DNA of 64,000 nucleotides from Sedimentisphaerales bacterium. Its GTDB lineage: Bacteria; Planctomycetota; Phycisphaerae; Sedimentisphaerales; SM23-30. The notes under the pieces were generated by a model that was not told the origin of the DNA, made no database searches, and worked only from the letters and a program-made list of their open reading frames with translations. Each line of letters begins with the position of its first letter. Position 1 is the first letter of the stretch. Positions 53,041 to 62,938 of this stretch are shown here, piece after piece. A program made the position numbers and the translations under genes. Location: assembly GCA_963663965.2 (NCBI GenBank), contig CAXXFK010000029.1:64001-128000 (forward strand), read 5' to 3'.

Positions 53041-54690
53041 ATGTCAAAGTCACATTTACAACCGGAAGAAATGGCGTTAACGGAGGATTCCCGCCGACAG
53101 ATGGCGGTCATTAATCGTTATAGTCATCAGGTGATCAGCAGTTTATCGATCCATGATGTGATACAAAGCGGACTGGAGGGTATCATTGAAGTTATTCATC
53201 CGGATCTGGCCCTGTTTTTTATGCGCGACGGGGACAAGTTAAAACTGGAGGGATTTCTTGCGGATACTAAGAGTTGTCAAATTGAGTCGATTCCTGTCCA
53301 TCAGGTGGGAGAATGCCTGTGTGGATTGGCGGTTGTGCAGGGTACGCCCATATATTCCAGCGATATCACGATAGATCCACGATGTACCATGCATGAGTGT
53401 AAGCAAGCAGGATTAAAAACTTTTGCCGCCTTACCCTTGATATTTTCCGGTCAGGTACTTGGTGTTTTGGGTCTGGCCAACTGTCATCGCGAAGGGGGCG
53501 ACTTCAAGCCTCAATCAGAATTTCTGGAAATCCTAGCCAATTATATGGCAATTGCCATCAAAAACGCTTTATTTATCGAAGAGTTAAAATCATCTGTTGC
53601 CGAAATAAAGCGGGCCAAAGATGAATGGGAGGGGATTTTTCAGGCAATCGGTGATCCGATTACGGTGATTGACGCCGAGAATCACATATTGAATGCCAAT
53701 CGCGCCGCCTTGTCACTGATTAAAAAAGATCTGGCTGAGATCCGCGGCCGATATTGTTATGAAGTATTTCATGGCACCCATGAACCGCCCCTTGATTGTC
53801 CCCATCTAACCCTTTTGAAAACGCATCGACCCCAAGGTCGTATTATGCCGGTAGAAGTGCTGGGCAGGGAATTACTGGTATCACTTTCTCCGGTCTGTGA
53901 CGCCGATGGCCAACTGGCCAGTGTGATTCATTATGGCCGGGACGTGACCGATTTACGCCAATTCGAAAAAGAAAGAGAAGCGCTGATCAACGAACTCGAG
54001 CAGAAAAATTCCAATCTGGAACAGTTTGTCTACATGGCGTCGCACGATTTAAAGACCCCCCTGGTTGGCATCAATGGATTTATCGGTTTATTGGAAAAAG
54101 ATCTAAAGGCTGGAGAGTATGATGCCGTTGAACGGGACATGAAATATATTCGTCAATCCGCCATGCACATGTATGATCTTTTAAACGATCTATTGCAATA
54201 TTCCCGTCTGGGCTATATTGAAAGTGTGCCGGAAAACATTGAATTAAAATCACTGGTCCAGGAAGTTCTGGATGTTATCAATCAAGGAGTACAACTGGAA
54301 AACACTGAGATTACCATCGCAGACAACATGCCTGTGTTGCATGGCGACCGGTTACGGTTTGCCCAGTTATTTCAGAATCTGATTTCCAACGCAATCAAGT
54401 TCAGTACGGGATGTTCCCCCATAAAGGTTGAAATCGGCTGGAAGCCGCAAAATGAATCACCGGTATTTTTTGTGCGGGATTACGGGGCAGGAATTGCGGC
54501 TGAGTATACTCATAAAATATTTGAATTGTTTCACCAACTCGATCCGGAAATCGAAGGAACCGGAGTGGGATTGACCATCGCCAAACGAATTGTTGAAATG
54601 AATGGCGGTAATATCTGGGTAGAATCAGCCGGGATCGGGCAGGGCAGTACGTTTTGCTTTAGCCTAGGCAAACAATGTTTCAGGGAATGA
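53041..54690 (+). CDS. Cytoplasmic GAF-PAS histidine kinase (no adjacent response regulator)
   Basis: GECLCGLA GAF; GRYCYEVFHG..DCP PAS; ASHDLKTPL, FQNLISNAIKF, GTGVGL. Confidence 0.9.
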   Translation: MSKSHLQPEEMALTEDSRRQMAVINRYSHQVISSLSIHDVIQSGLEGIIEVIHPDLALFFMRDGDKLKLEGFLADTKSCQIESIPVHQVGECLCGLAVVQGTPIYSSDITIDPRCTMHECKQAGLKTFAALPLIFSGQVLGVLGLANCHREGGDFKPQSEFLEILANYMAIAIKNALFIEELKSSVAEIKRAKDEWEGIFQAIGDPITVIDAENHILNANRAALSLIKKDLAEIRGRYCYEVFHGTHEPPLDCPHLTLLKTHRPQGRIMPVEVLGRELLVSLSPVCDADGQLASVIHYGRDVTDLRQFEKEREALINELEQKNSNLEQFVYMASHDLKTPLVGINGFIGLLEKDLKAGEYDAVERDMKYIRQSAMHMYDLLNDLLQYSRLGYIESVPENIELKSLVQEVLDVINQGVQLENTEITIADNMPVLHGDRLRFAQLFQNLISNAIKFSTGCSPIKVEIGWKPQNESPVFFVRDYGAGIAAEYTHKIFELFHQLDPEIEGTGVGLTIAKRIVEMNGGNIWVESAGIGQGSTFCFSLGKQCFRE

Positions 54691-54816
54691 AGATCCGATA
54701 GACCCATCAGGTTAAAAGGTCTGGTCGCAAACAAGCCAAGCCGGTAAATCAGCGCATATCAGGCCCTTGGGTAACAGGTTATTGAATCGAATATGGAATC
54801 GGGCTCTTGGGGATGG

Positions 54817-56199
54817 TTATAGATGGAGCGATTGCTCATGCTGTTTTCCGTCGTCAGTAATAATCAGAATTTGATACCAGCATCCCGTCGCAAGCGAAAA
54901 ACTCACCGAACGCTCGCCCGATTTTGATGCGATCATCTCACCGGCCCAGGATACCTGAACCGTACCGCCGGCTTCATTCGGGATATCAATTTTGACTTCT
55001 TTACGCTGGGAATAAAAACGTGTCACATTCAATGCCGGAACATAGCGAATCTCCATATCCCAAACCAGAGGAAAATAGGTGTTGGTTCTTCGAAAGCAGG
55101 CCGCGTAGACCGAATGCATCCAATTATCCGGGTCGGTCTGGGATTCGCATCGTTCGTTGACCCAATCATCGTTGCGCGGATCCGATCCGGTGCTGCCGAC
55201 ATTGTACCATTGGCCGTCCCAGATTTCGACCCAGTTATGATTGCCTTCAACTTTAGTCCATAAAGGAACGCCGACGATTCTCGCGGGAATTCCTACGCTG
55301 CGACAACAATCGGCCATAAGAATCGACAAACCCGTACAAGACGCATACCCGGCTTCGATCGATTCATAAGGACTCTGATCAGGTTTAGGGCGTTTCGTCG
55401 CGTGGAAATACACATTGAACCGGTCATTCAATTCATTATTCAGCCAGATAGTCGCCTCGACCGGAGTTTTAAATGTCCAGGCTTGTTTCTTCAACCTTTC
55501 CATAAAATCGAGTCGCCAGTTATCGCGCCGTTCGTTCAGGTGGGCATAGGGAAGGATATATTGCAGGAAAATTTGTTCTGGAATATCCTGGCGCCAGGGG
55601 CATTGCTCCCAGGCAGTATAAGCCAGTTCAATTTGCTCGGTTAAAAACTCCTGTTTCAGACTTAAAAGGTCACGATCCGGCATATTGACAATAAGAAAGA
55701 ACGCCGCTTTGGCATGTTCCGGTTTAACCGATTTTAAAGTTTCAAGCAGTGACTGACGGTTGGGGCCGGCACGAAACAAAGCATCCGTCAATTGATCTTT
55801 CTGGTCCTGGGGAACATTGGAAATGGCCTGTGTCAGCATGTCAATCAGGGTTATCAATGATGCCTGATCTAGTGTCAACAGTTCCTCCACGGGGATCTGA
55901 GATACAATTTGAAAGGCAGTCCGCTGATTATCTGGAGGGGTTGCCAGAATTGCTCCGGCTACGTTTTCGCGATTAGTACTGGCTCGATTCAATATCCAGG
56001 AGACAAAATTCCTTCTTCCTTCCGGGAATTGTTTCATTAGAATAGTTACATTGGAGTCATTTTCCTGTTGAGTTTGGGGATTGATCTTTTCTGGATTAGA
56101 CCTGACAGACTTTTCTGGCGGAAGAGAGGTTTGACCCATCACAGTATCGAACAAGCTTGATACGAGCAATAACGTTATTAAGATTCTGGTGTTTTTCAT
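54817..56199 (-). CDS. Secreted transglutaminase-like (Cys-His-Asp) domain protein
   Basis: Signal peptide MKNTRIL; YILPY, ASCTGLSI, GIPARIVG, GNHNWVEIWD. Confidence 0.82.
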   Translation of the reverse strand: MKNTRILITLLLVSSLFDTVMGQTSLPPEKSVRSNPEKINPQTQQENDSNVTILMKQFPEGRRNFVSWILNRASTNRENVAGAILATPPDNQRTAFQIVSQIPVEELLTLDQASLITLIDMLTQAISNVPQDQKDQLTDALFRAGPNRQSLLETLKSVKPEHAKAAFFLIVNMPDRDLLSLKQEFLTEQIELAYTAWEQCPWRQDIPEQIFLQYILPYAHLNERRDNWRLDFMERLKKQAWTFKTPVEATIWLNNELNDRFNVYFHATKRPKPDQSPYESIEAGYASCTGLSILMADCCRSVGIPARIVGVPLWTKVEGNHNWVEIWDGQWYNVGSTGSDPRNDDWVNERCESQTDPDNWMHSVYAACFRRTNTYFPLVWDMEIRYVPALNVTRFYSQRKEVKIDIPNEAGGTVQVSWAGEMIASKSGERSVSFSLATGCWYQILIITDDGKQHEQSLHL

Positions 56200-56289
56200 T
56201 CTTAATCCTTCTGATGATTTAACGATTATACTAATAAGAATAATCTCCACAAAATCTGGCAGGTATTATGGCGATTGACAGGCAGAAGA

Positions 56290-58158
56290 TCATTCAGACG
56301 CCATACCCTGGTTCTGTGGAGGGAATTGGAGGTAGAATGTTGTGCCATGACCTATGCCTTCAGACTCCAGCCAGATATTGCCGCGGTGTGCGTCTACGAT
56401 ACGCCGCACCAGGGTCAGCCCAAATCCGGAGCCTTCGCTTGAGCGATCAAGCTTTTGAAAAAGGCCAAATATTTTTTCACGCGATTCCGGATCGACGCCA
56501 ATACCGTTATCTCGAATATAGATCAAATTAGAACCATCTCGCATTTCTGTGCCGATTGCAATTAGCGGATCCGATTGATCGTACATGAATTTGATGGCAT
56601 TATCAATCAGATTATGAAAAACTTGCAGCAGACGTGAAGAATCCCCTGTGATCATAGGAAGAAACCCAATAACAATTTTGGCTCCAATACGTTTAATCCC
56701 GGCATCGTTCAATTCCAGCGCTTCGCCAACCACTTTATTCAGATCGACAATGTCTTTGCATTCGGCTATTTGTCCCAACCGGGATAAGGTCAGGAGGTTT
56801 TCAATCAGCTGTTTCAATCGTTTGGCGGAGTTTTCGAGTCGGAAAATGGCGTTCTCGATACCTTCCCGATCATTATTATCCAGGGCTTTTTTGAGTAAAT
56901 AAGTGAAGCCTTCGATCGTTATCAACGGCGTTTTCAGATCGTGTGATATACTATAGGCATATTGCTCGAGTTCCTGATTTCTGGCCGTCAGGTTTTTAAG
57001 TAAATTGTCGCGCTCTTTACGCACCTGAACCTGGTCAGTAATTTCAATAATATTTCCCAGAAGATGACGCTGGTTGATATCGTCGATAAAAAGCCGTGAA
57101 TTGAGTGAGAAAGTTTTGTAATGGCCGCCGTCGACCAAGAAGCGGTATACAAAAATACCGGTGGCGCTCTCTCCATCTAGAACCATTTGTACTGTATTTT
57201 GCACATCGATGCGATCCTGGGGATGTATATAAACGAGCATCTGCTCGAACGAAGGGTGCCCCTGGCCGAATTGGGGATTTCCCAGAAGCGCCGCCGCTTC
57301 CGGTGAAATCGTAAATGTCATGGTATCCAGATGCAACGTCCAGGTGCCCAGGTGGGTCAACTCACTGGCCAGATCCATTTCCAGGCGGCTTTGACGCAAT
57401 TGCAAAATGCTTTTTTTGACTTTGGTATCCAGCCGGATATTGATTAACATTAAAGCGGCAATGACAACGACAGCGGCCATCGAACACCATAAAACCAGGT
57501 TGGATAACCGAAAATCGTTTTCAATCGGAGTCATAACGGCCAGAATCCCAATGACCTGATCAGGTTGATTAATGATGGTTTCGTCGCGATAGCTTTCTGA
57601 GAGGGGCAGGCCGGGATCGTCTGTCAGAATCGGATCATCGACAAGAATTCCGGGGAGTTGGTACTGGGCTAATGGAACCGCATAATACAGGATGCGTTGG
57701 TCACGCATCAGTCTGATTTCTCTATAAGCGCTTGGCAGCGCCCCGGATCTGAAGCGGTTGATTAAATCCATTTCAAAAGGATCGGCGATCAACTCCGGAT
57801 TATTTGCTTTAATACGGGCTATACGAAAATGTATTCCAGGCAGATTGTGGCCAGCCAGTTCTTCATTATAGTATCTGACCATATGCTGAAGGGCAAATTC
57901 TGAAGACAGGATTTCCGGATTGCTCAATCCGGGCGGGATCATGTTATTGCCGACTAATTCGTTGTGTTTGGCATGAATCACTTCATGAAAATAGCGTTGA
58001 ACCGCAGTGATTTCCATGATCAAGAGTTTTGCGCGTTTTTCCGCTTGCTTTATGACGTGACTTTCCGTGGCGATATAGCCTGATATGACCGCTAAAGCCA
58101 ATAAGGCAATGACGATTATTTCATACAGCCGGTTTTTTTCCCTGGTCAATGGCGACAT
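56290..58158 (-). CDS. Membrane histidine kinase: DUF3365/Tll0287-like sensor + PAS + HisKA/HATPase
   Basis: Two TMs; PEILSS, NNPELIADPFE; ISHDLKTPL, HNLIDNAIKF, DNGIG, GSGFGL. Confidence 0.85.
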   Translation of the reverse strand: MSPLTREKNRLYEIIVIALLALAVISGYIATESHVIKQAEKRAKLLIMEITAVQRYFHEVIHAKHNELVGNNMIPPGLSNPEILSSEFALQHMVRYYNEELAGHNLPGIHFRIARIKANNPELIADPFEMDLINRFRSGALPSAYREIRLMRDQRILYYAVPLAQYQLPGILVDDPILTDDPGLPLSESYRDETIINQPDQVIGILAVMTPIENDFRLSNLVLWCSMAAVVVIAALMLINIRLDTKVKKSILQLRQSRLEMDLASELTHLGTWTLHLDTMTFTISPEAAALLGNPQFGQGHPSFEQMLVYIHPQDRIDVQNTVQMVLDGESATGIFVYRFLVDGGHYKTFSLNSRLFIDDINQRHLLGNIIEITDQVQVRKERDNLLKNLTARNQELEQYAYSISHDLKTPLITIEGFTYLLKKALDNNDREGIENAIFRLENSAKRLKQLIENLLTLSRLGQIAECKDIVDLNKVVGEALELNDAGIKRIGAKIVIGFLPMITGDSSRLLQVFHNLIDNAIKFMYDQSDPLIAIGTEMRDGSNLIYIRDNGIGVDPESREKIFGLFQKLDRSSEGSGFGLTLVRRIVDAHRGNIWLESEGIGHGTTFYLQFPPQNQGMASE

Positions 58159-58269
58159 AAAATTACGAGTCAAATAATTCGGATTAGGGAGAATAGCGCA
58201 ATGAATTTGATAAACACAACATAGTGAATTCAAGCTTTGATTTCAAACAAATAATTAAAGATAAATCAT

Positions 58270-59683
58270 CACTCTTGTCCAAAATAAATTTTGACAATTA
58301 AATAGAGATATCTCCAGGATGAGTTATATTAAAGTTGCAAAAAAATAAAAAACTCAGCTGGAGATATAAACCCATGATAAAGTCAGGCAGTCTGTTTACG
58401 CAAGTACTTTCTCTGGTAGATCGTAATGAATTTGCCCGATCTGTAGATCGATTTGGGGCGGAAAAGCATTGCAAGGGCTTCCGTTGCTGGGATCAGTTTG
58501 TGTCAATGATGTTTTGCCAGTTGGCCGGTGCGAACTCCCTGCGTGAGATCTGTGGTGGATTATCCACGGCCCTGGGCAAATTGACCCATCTGGGCATGAA
58601 AGAGGCGCCCTCCCGTTCCACCCTGAGCTACGCGAATACTCAGCGGCCATGGCAGTTGTATGAAGCGACCTTCTATCAGCTTTATCAGTATGGCGCTGAG
58701 ATCGCCGGTAAGCAGAAGCGGCGCTTCCGATTCAAGAACCCGTTATTCAGCATAGATGCCAGCACCATTGACTTGTGCCTTAAGGTGTTTGACTGGGCCA
58801 GATTTCGGCAGCGTAAAGGAGCGGTGAAACTCCACATGATGCTTGATCACCAGGGCTGTTTGCCCAGTTGGGCCTGGATCACCGACGGCAAGGTTCATGA
58901 TGTCAAAGCGGCTAGAATGCTTGATTTAGAGCCGGGAACGATCGTAGCGATGGATCGAGGGTATGTCGATTACGAATTATTTGACCACTGGACTGAAACC
59001 GGTGTCTGGTTTGTCACCAAAGCCAAAAGTAATATGAACTACCGCGTGGTCGAATCTCGGGAGGTTCCTGAGAGAGGCAATATTCTGTCCGATGAGTTGA
59101 TCGAATTTACCGGTTATCAAGCCCAAAAAAGATGCCCTCGTGTGATGCGGCGGATTGTGGTATGGGATGCGGAAAATGAGCGTGAGATTACCTTGCTGAC
59201 CAATCATCTGACATTTGCCGCCAGCACGATCAGTTCGATCTACAAAGATCGCTGGCAGATTGAGTTGTTTTTCAAGGCGCTCAAGCAGAATTTAAAAGTA
59301 AAGACCTTTGTGGGTACCAGCGAAAATGCCGTCAAGACACAGATTTGGACAGCATTGATATGTAGCTTAATACTGAAGATCATGCAGATGCGTTCCCGTT
59401 TTGGCTGGAGCCTGTCTAACCTGGCCGCCCTGTTAAGGCTTAACTTGATGACTTATCGTGAGTTGTGGACATGGCTGGATAATCCGTATCAAACGGCGGC
59501 ATTAGGGCCGCCTGTCAACCAGCCCTTATTGTTTGAACTGTAACTTGGACAGCATGAAATATAACCGTATAAAAAAACAGGGTAACCTGAACTCAGAAAA
59601 TGGAAAAATCTGTCTGAAACAACCCTTTCAGGCCGGTTTAGAGACAACATGTTAGAGATTTCAATTTATTTTGGACAGCAGTG
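58270..59683 (+). mobile_element. Complete IS4-family insertion sequence, 1414 bp, with 21-bp terminal IRs and a 9-bp target duplication
   Basis: IRL CACTCTTGTCCAAAATAAATT; IRR (rc) CACTGCTGTCCAAAATAAATT, 19/21 identical; ATAAATCAT at 58261-58269 and 59684-59692. Confidence 0.95.
58374..59543 (+). CDS. IS4-family DDE transposase (DUF4372-like N-terminus)
   Basis: RSTLSYAN, IDASTIDL, MDRGY, YKDRWQIELFFK (YREK-type signature). Confidence 0.95.
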   Translation: MIKSGSLFTQVLSLVDRNEFARSVDRFGAEKHCKGFRCWDQFVSMMFCQLAGANSLREICGGLSTALGKLTHLGMKEAPSRSTLSYANTQRPWQLYEATFYQLYQYGAEIAGKQKRRFRFKNPLFSIDASTIDLCLKVFDWARFRQRKGAVKLHMMLDHQGCLPSWAWITDGKVHDVKAARMLDLEPGTIVAMDRGYVDYELFDHWTETGVWFVTKAKSNMNYRVVESREVPERGNILSDELIEFTGYQAQKRCPRVMRRIVVWDAENEREITLLTNHLTFAASTISSIYKDRWQIELFFKALKQNLKVKTFVGTSENAVKTQIWTALICSLILKIMQMRSRFGWSLSNLAALLRLNLMTYRELWTWLDNPYQTAALGPPVNQPLLFEL

Positions 59684-60006
59684 ATAAATCATATAAGATG
59701 TTAAAGTGTAAAATTATTGTTATGAATTACTTTCAGCCATTTGATACTATCAAAGAATTGATTGGCAGTTTATTGCGAGGCGTATAATGGCGATGCATAT
59801 GGCCAGATAAAAAAACAGGATTGAAACGTAATTGACCGGTTGGCAGAAGAAGATATGAGAAGCCATTCCGGAGGCAAGACTCCAGTCAGCTATCAAACTG
59901 GCTGGAATGTCTCGCCTTATTCCAGGAATGTGCGTTTGGAGGAGGTTATGAAAAATGGTGTGTGTTATTTTGGGAGGGATCGCCAAGGCGATTCGTTATG
60001 TATGAC

Positions 60007-60090
60007 TGCGGATGAGAGGATTCGAACCTCCACGAGCTAATGCCCACAGGCACCTGAAGCCTGCGCGTCTGCCAGTTCCGCCACATCCGC
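60007..60090 (-). tRNA. tRNA-Leu(CAG)
   Basis: GCGGATG/CATCCGC acceptor stem; CAGGC-TTCAGGT-GCCTG anticodon arm; long variable arm; upstream TTGACT-N16-TAAAAT at 60111-60138. Confidence 0.97.
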
Positions 60091-60199
60091 GGCGTGTGGG
60101 TAGATCAACTATTTTAATAGAGGGCGGTTAAAAGTCAAGAGGGTATTTGAAAAACTTTTTTATTGATTATCGCGTATTAACTGATTTATTTGTAATTGG

Positions 60200-61960
60200 T
60201 TACATTTTTTCGAGGGTTTCAATGCCCAGCAGGTTCAGGCCGGCTTGGATGACTGAGGCGGTTGCCCGGCACAGAAACAGGCGGCTGGTTCGCAAAGGTT
60301 CTTCCGATTTGAGTACCGGACAGGCATTATAGAAGGTGTTGAAGTTTTGCGACAGGTCGAAAAGATAAGTTGTCAGAAGATGGGGGCGCAAGTCATGCCC
60401 AACGGTTTCAATGATTTCATTAAAACGAAGCAGGGTGCGGATCAGAGTCCGTTCGGCGGGATCCGTAATGGAAATGTTATCGGGTGTGATAGAGGAGTGA
60501 TCCTGTTCAATATCGCCTTTGCGGAATATGCTTTGAATCCGCGCGTAGGAATATTGCATATAAGGGGCGGTATTGCCTTCCATCGCCAGCATCCGGTCCC
60601 AACTGAAGATGTAATCGTTGACGAGATTACTGGACAGGTCGGCGTATTTGACTGCCCCGATACCAACGGCATGGGCAATTTGCGCTTTTTCATTTTCAGG
60701 CAGGTCAGGGTTTTTGTCTTCAACGATCGACTGAGCCCGTTCGACCGCTTCATTAAGCAGGGCTTTCAGTTTAATGCTTTCGCCACTGCGTGCTTTGAAA
60801 GGTTTGCCGTCTTCACCCTGTACGGAACCAAAAGGGACATGTTCCAGTGATACCGCAGGGGGAACCCAGCCGGCCTGGCGGGCGCAGGTGAAGACCATGT
60901 CAAAATGCTGGATCTGGCGGGCGTCGGTAACGTAAATGATCCGGGTGGCTTTTAGTTGATCGATCCGATAGCGGATAGCGGCCAGGTCGGTGGTGGCGTA
61001 CAGAAAAGCGCCATCGCTTTTCTGTACGATGAGCGGCTGGATTTCGCCATCGCGGTTTTTGAATTTGTCCATGAAAACGCATTGGGCGCCATTGGATTCT
61101 TTGAGCATACCGGCTTTGTCCAGATCGCTGACGACATTGGCCAGCAGTTCGCCATAGGCGCTTTCGCCCCGGGTGTGTTCTGGGCCAAGGGTGACACCTA
61201 ATTTGTCATAAACCTGCTGACAATGGTGCATGGATTCATTTAGAAAGGCGCGCCAGATTTTCAAGGATGGATCATGATGACGATGCAGATTAACCGTTTC
61301 CTGATAGGCTTGTTTTCGGAACGCTTCATCGTTGTCGAATGCCAGTTTGGCCTGTTGATAGAAGACGCCCAGATCGGCAATTTCAAAGGATTCGGGTTGG
61401 TCGAGCACTTCGGGATGGGTTTGTTTGAGATAGGCGACCAGCATGCCAAACTGGGTGCCCCAGTCGCCGACGTGGTTCTGGCGGATGATGGATTCGGGTT
61501 TGCCGGTCAGGAATTCGAGAATCCGTGCGATGACATCACCAATGATGGTACTACGGATATGGCCGACGTGCATTTCTTTAGCGAGGTTGGGGCTGGAGAA
61601 ATCCACAACGGTGACGGGCGCTTCGGGGTGGGTGTCAACACCTAAACGGTCAGGATCGTTGAGCAGGGCGGTCAGGCTGGCGGTGAGGTATTCCGTTTTG
61701 ACTCGCAAGTTGATGAAACCCGGTCCGGCGATTTCTGGCGTTTCGCAGATATCGCTTAAGTCCAGTTTTTCGACTACCCGGGTGGCCAGTTCACGGGGGT
61801 TGGTTTTGAGCTTTTTGGCCTGTCCCATGACGCCATTGGCTTGATAATCGCCAAATTTAGGATCCTGGGTGGGTTTGACTACTGCGGCGGCGGGTTCGCC
61901 GATGAGTTCGGTCAGGACTGATGATATGCGTTCTTCTAACTGTGTGATGATTGGTTTCAT
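60200..61960 (-). CDS. argS: Arginine--tRNA ligase
   Basis: FSSPNLAKEMHVGHIRS, GDWGTQFG, YATTDLAA, GNTAPYMQY. Confidence 0.97.
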   Translation of the reverse strand: MKPIITQLEERISSVLTELIGEPAAAVVKPTQDPKFGDYQANGVMGQAKKLKTNPRELATRVVEKLDLSDICETPEIAGPGFINLRVKTEYLTASLTALLNDPDRLGVDTHPEAPVTVVDFSSPNLAKEMHVGHIRSTIIGDVIARILEFLTGKPESIIRQNHVGDWGTQFGMLVAYLKQTHPEVLDQPESFEIADLGVFYQQAKLAFDNDEAFRKQAYQETVNLHRHHDPSLKIWRAFLNESMHHCQQVYDKLGVTLGPEHTRGESAYGELLANVVSDLDKAGMLKESNGAQCVFMDKFKNRDGEIQPLIVQKSDGAFLYATTDLAAIRYRIDQLKATRIIYVTDARQIQHFDMVFTCARQAGWVPPAVSLEHVPFGSVQGEDGKPFKARSGESIKLKALLNEAVERAQSIVEDKNPDLPENEKAQIAHAVGIGAVKYADLSSNLVNDYIFSWDRMLAMEGNTAPYMQYSYARIQSIFRKGDIEQDHSSITPDNISITDPAERTLIRTLLRFNEIIETVGHDLRPHLLTTYLFDLSQNFNTFYNACPVLKSEEPLRTSRLFLCRATASVIQAGLNLLGIETLEKM

Positions 61961-62008
61961 ATGGAAGTTATCCAGCCTGATTTTCAGGTGTAATAATTTA
62001 GTCGGGCT

Positions 62009-62401
62009 TTAAGATTCTTTGCGGCTGGCGAACGGTACACGGGGGGCATCCCCCCAGAGCAGTTCGAGATCGTAAAAGGCCCGAAATTCATCATCGAAAA
62101 TGTGCATGATGACATCAACGAAATCGATGACAGCCCATTTGCCTTCCTGGAATCCGGCGTGGCCGTAGACCTTGAAGCCGTGATCTTCGCCGAGGTTTTC
62201 CGCCTCGCGAGCCAGGTTACGAATCTGGGTGGCGCTGGTACCGGTGCAAATAACGAAATGGCGGGCGATCGGACTGCGGCCTTCGAGGTCCAAGATCAGT
62301 ATATTCCTGCAGTTACGATCTTCGGCCAGGATGGCCAGGTTTTGGGCAAGTGTTTTGCTTTCCTCATGATTTTTTGAGGAGACTTTCGGCGCGTTTTCCA
62401 T
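62009..62401 (-). CDS. rsfS: Ribosome silencing factor
   Basis: FVICTG, WAVIDFVDVIMHIF, FYDLELLWGD. Confidence 0.93.
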   Translation of the reverse strand: MENAPKVSSKNHEESKTLAQNLAILAEDRNCRNILILDLEGRSPIARHFVICTGTSATQIRNLAREAENLGEDHGFKVYGHAGFQEGKWAVIDFVDVIMHIFDDEFRAFYDLELLWGDAPRVPFASRKES

Positions 62402-62817
62402 ATCTTATTGTAATCCAAACTCTTATTAATATTTAGGTTTCAAGTTAAATAACACATTATACCAGAAAATGACTTAGTCTCAAGATGTAATTGAATCAAG
62501 TAGCTTTGAGTTGGAGGATTGAAAAAGTGAAACTTGAACCATTGCCTAATTGGATAAATTACAATTTGTTAAGTATTGAAATGTGACTAATGGGTTCGTT
62601 TCCACTGATCCGTAATTGGTCGAGGTTATTGAAGAGCTATTTTGCTATTTATCAGTATTTAAATAAGCTGTTAATGTTATGGTTTCTAAATTAGCCCAGA
62701 TCTGATTATTGAAAATGACGAGACGTTGTCCAGTTCGCGGGATGGATCAAGGTGGGCATACCAGCAATTCAAGAGCTGATACAAACATTGAAGTGACATA
62801 ACATCAGTAAATAAAAT

Positions 62818-62842
62818 AATCTCGACTATATTACTTGAGATT
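62818..62842. promoter_or_regulatory. Imperfect palindrome resembling an Rrf2-family (IscR/CymR-type) operator upstream of metY
   Basis: AATCTCGA-CTATATTAC-TTGAGATT, ~100 nt before ATG 62939. Confidence 0.5.
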
Positions 62843-62938
62843 TCTGCACTTTCTATTTGTCTTTTGACAAATCAGGTCATATTATTTGGCAACTGAGCTG
62901 GAATCAAACATGGACTCTCTATATAGAAGGAGATCAAA

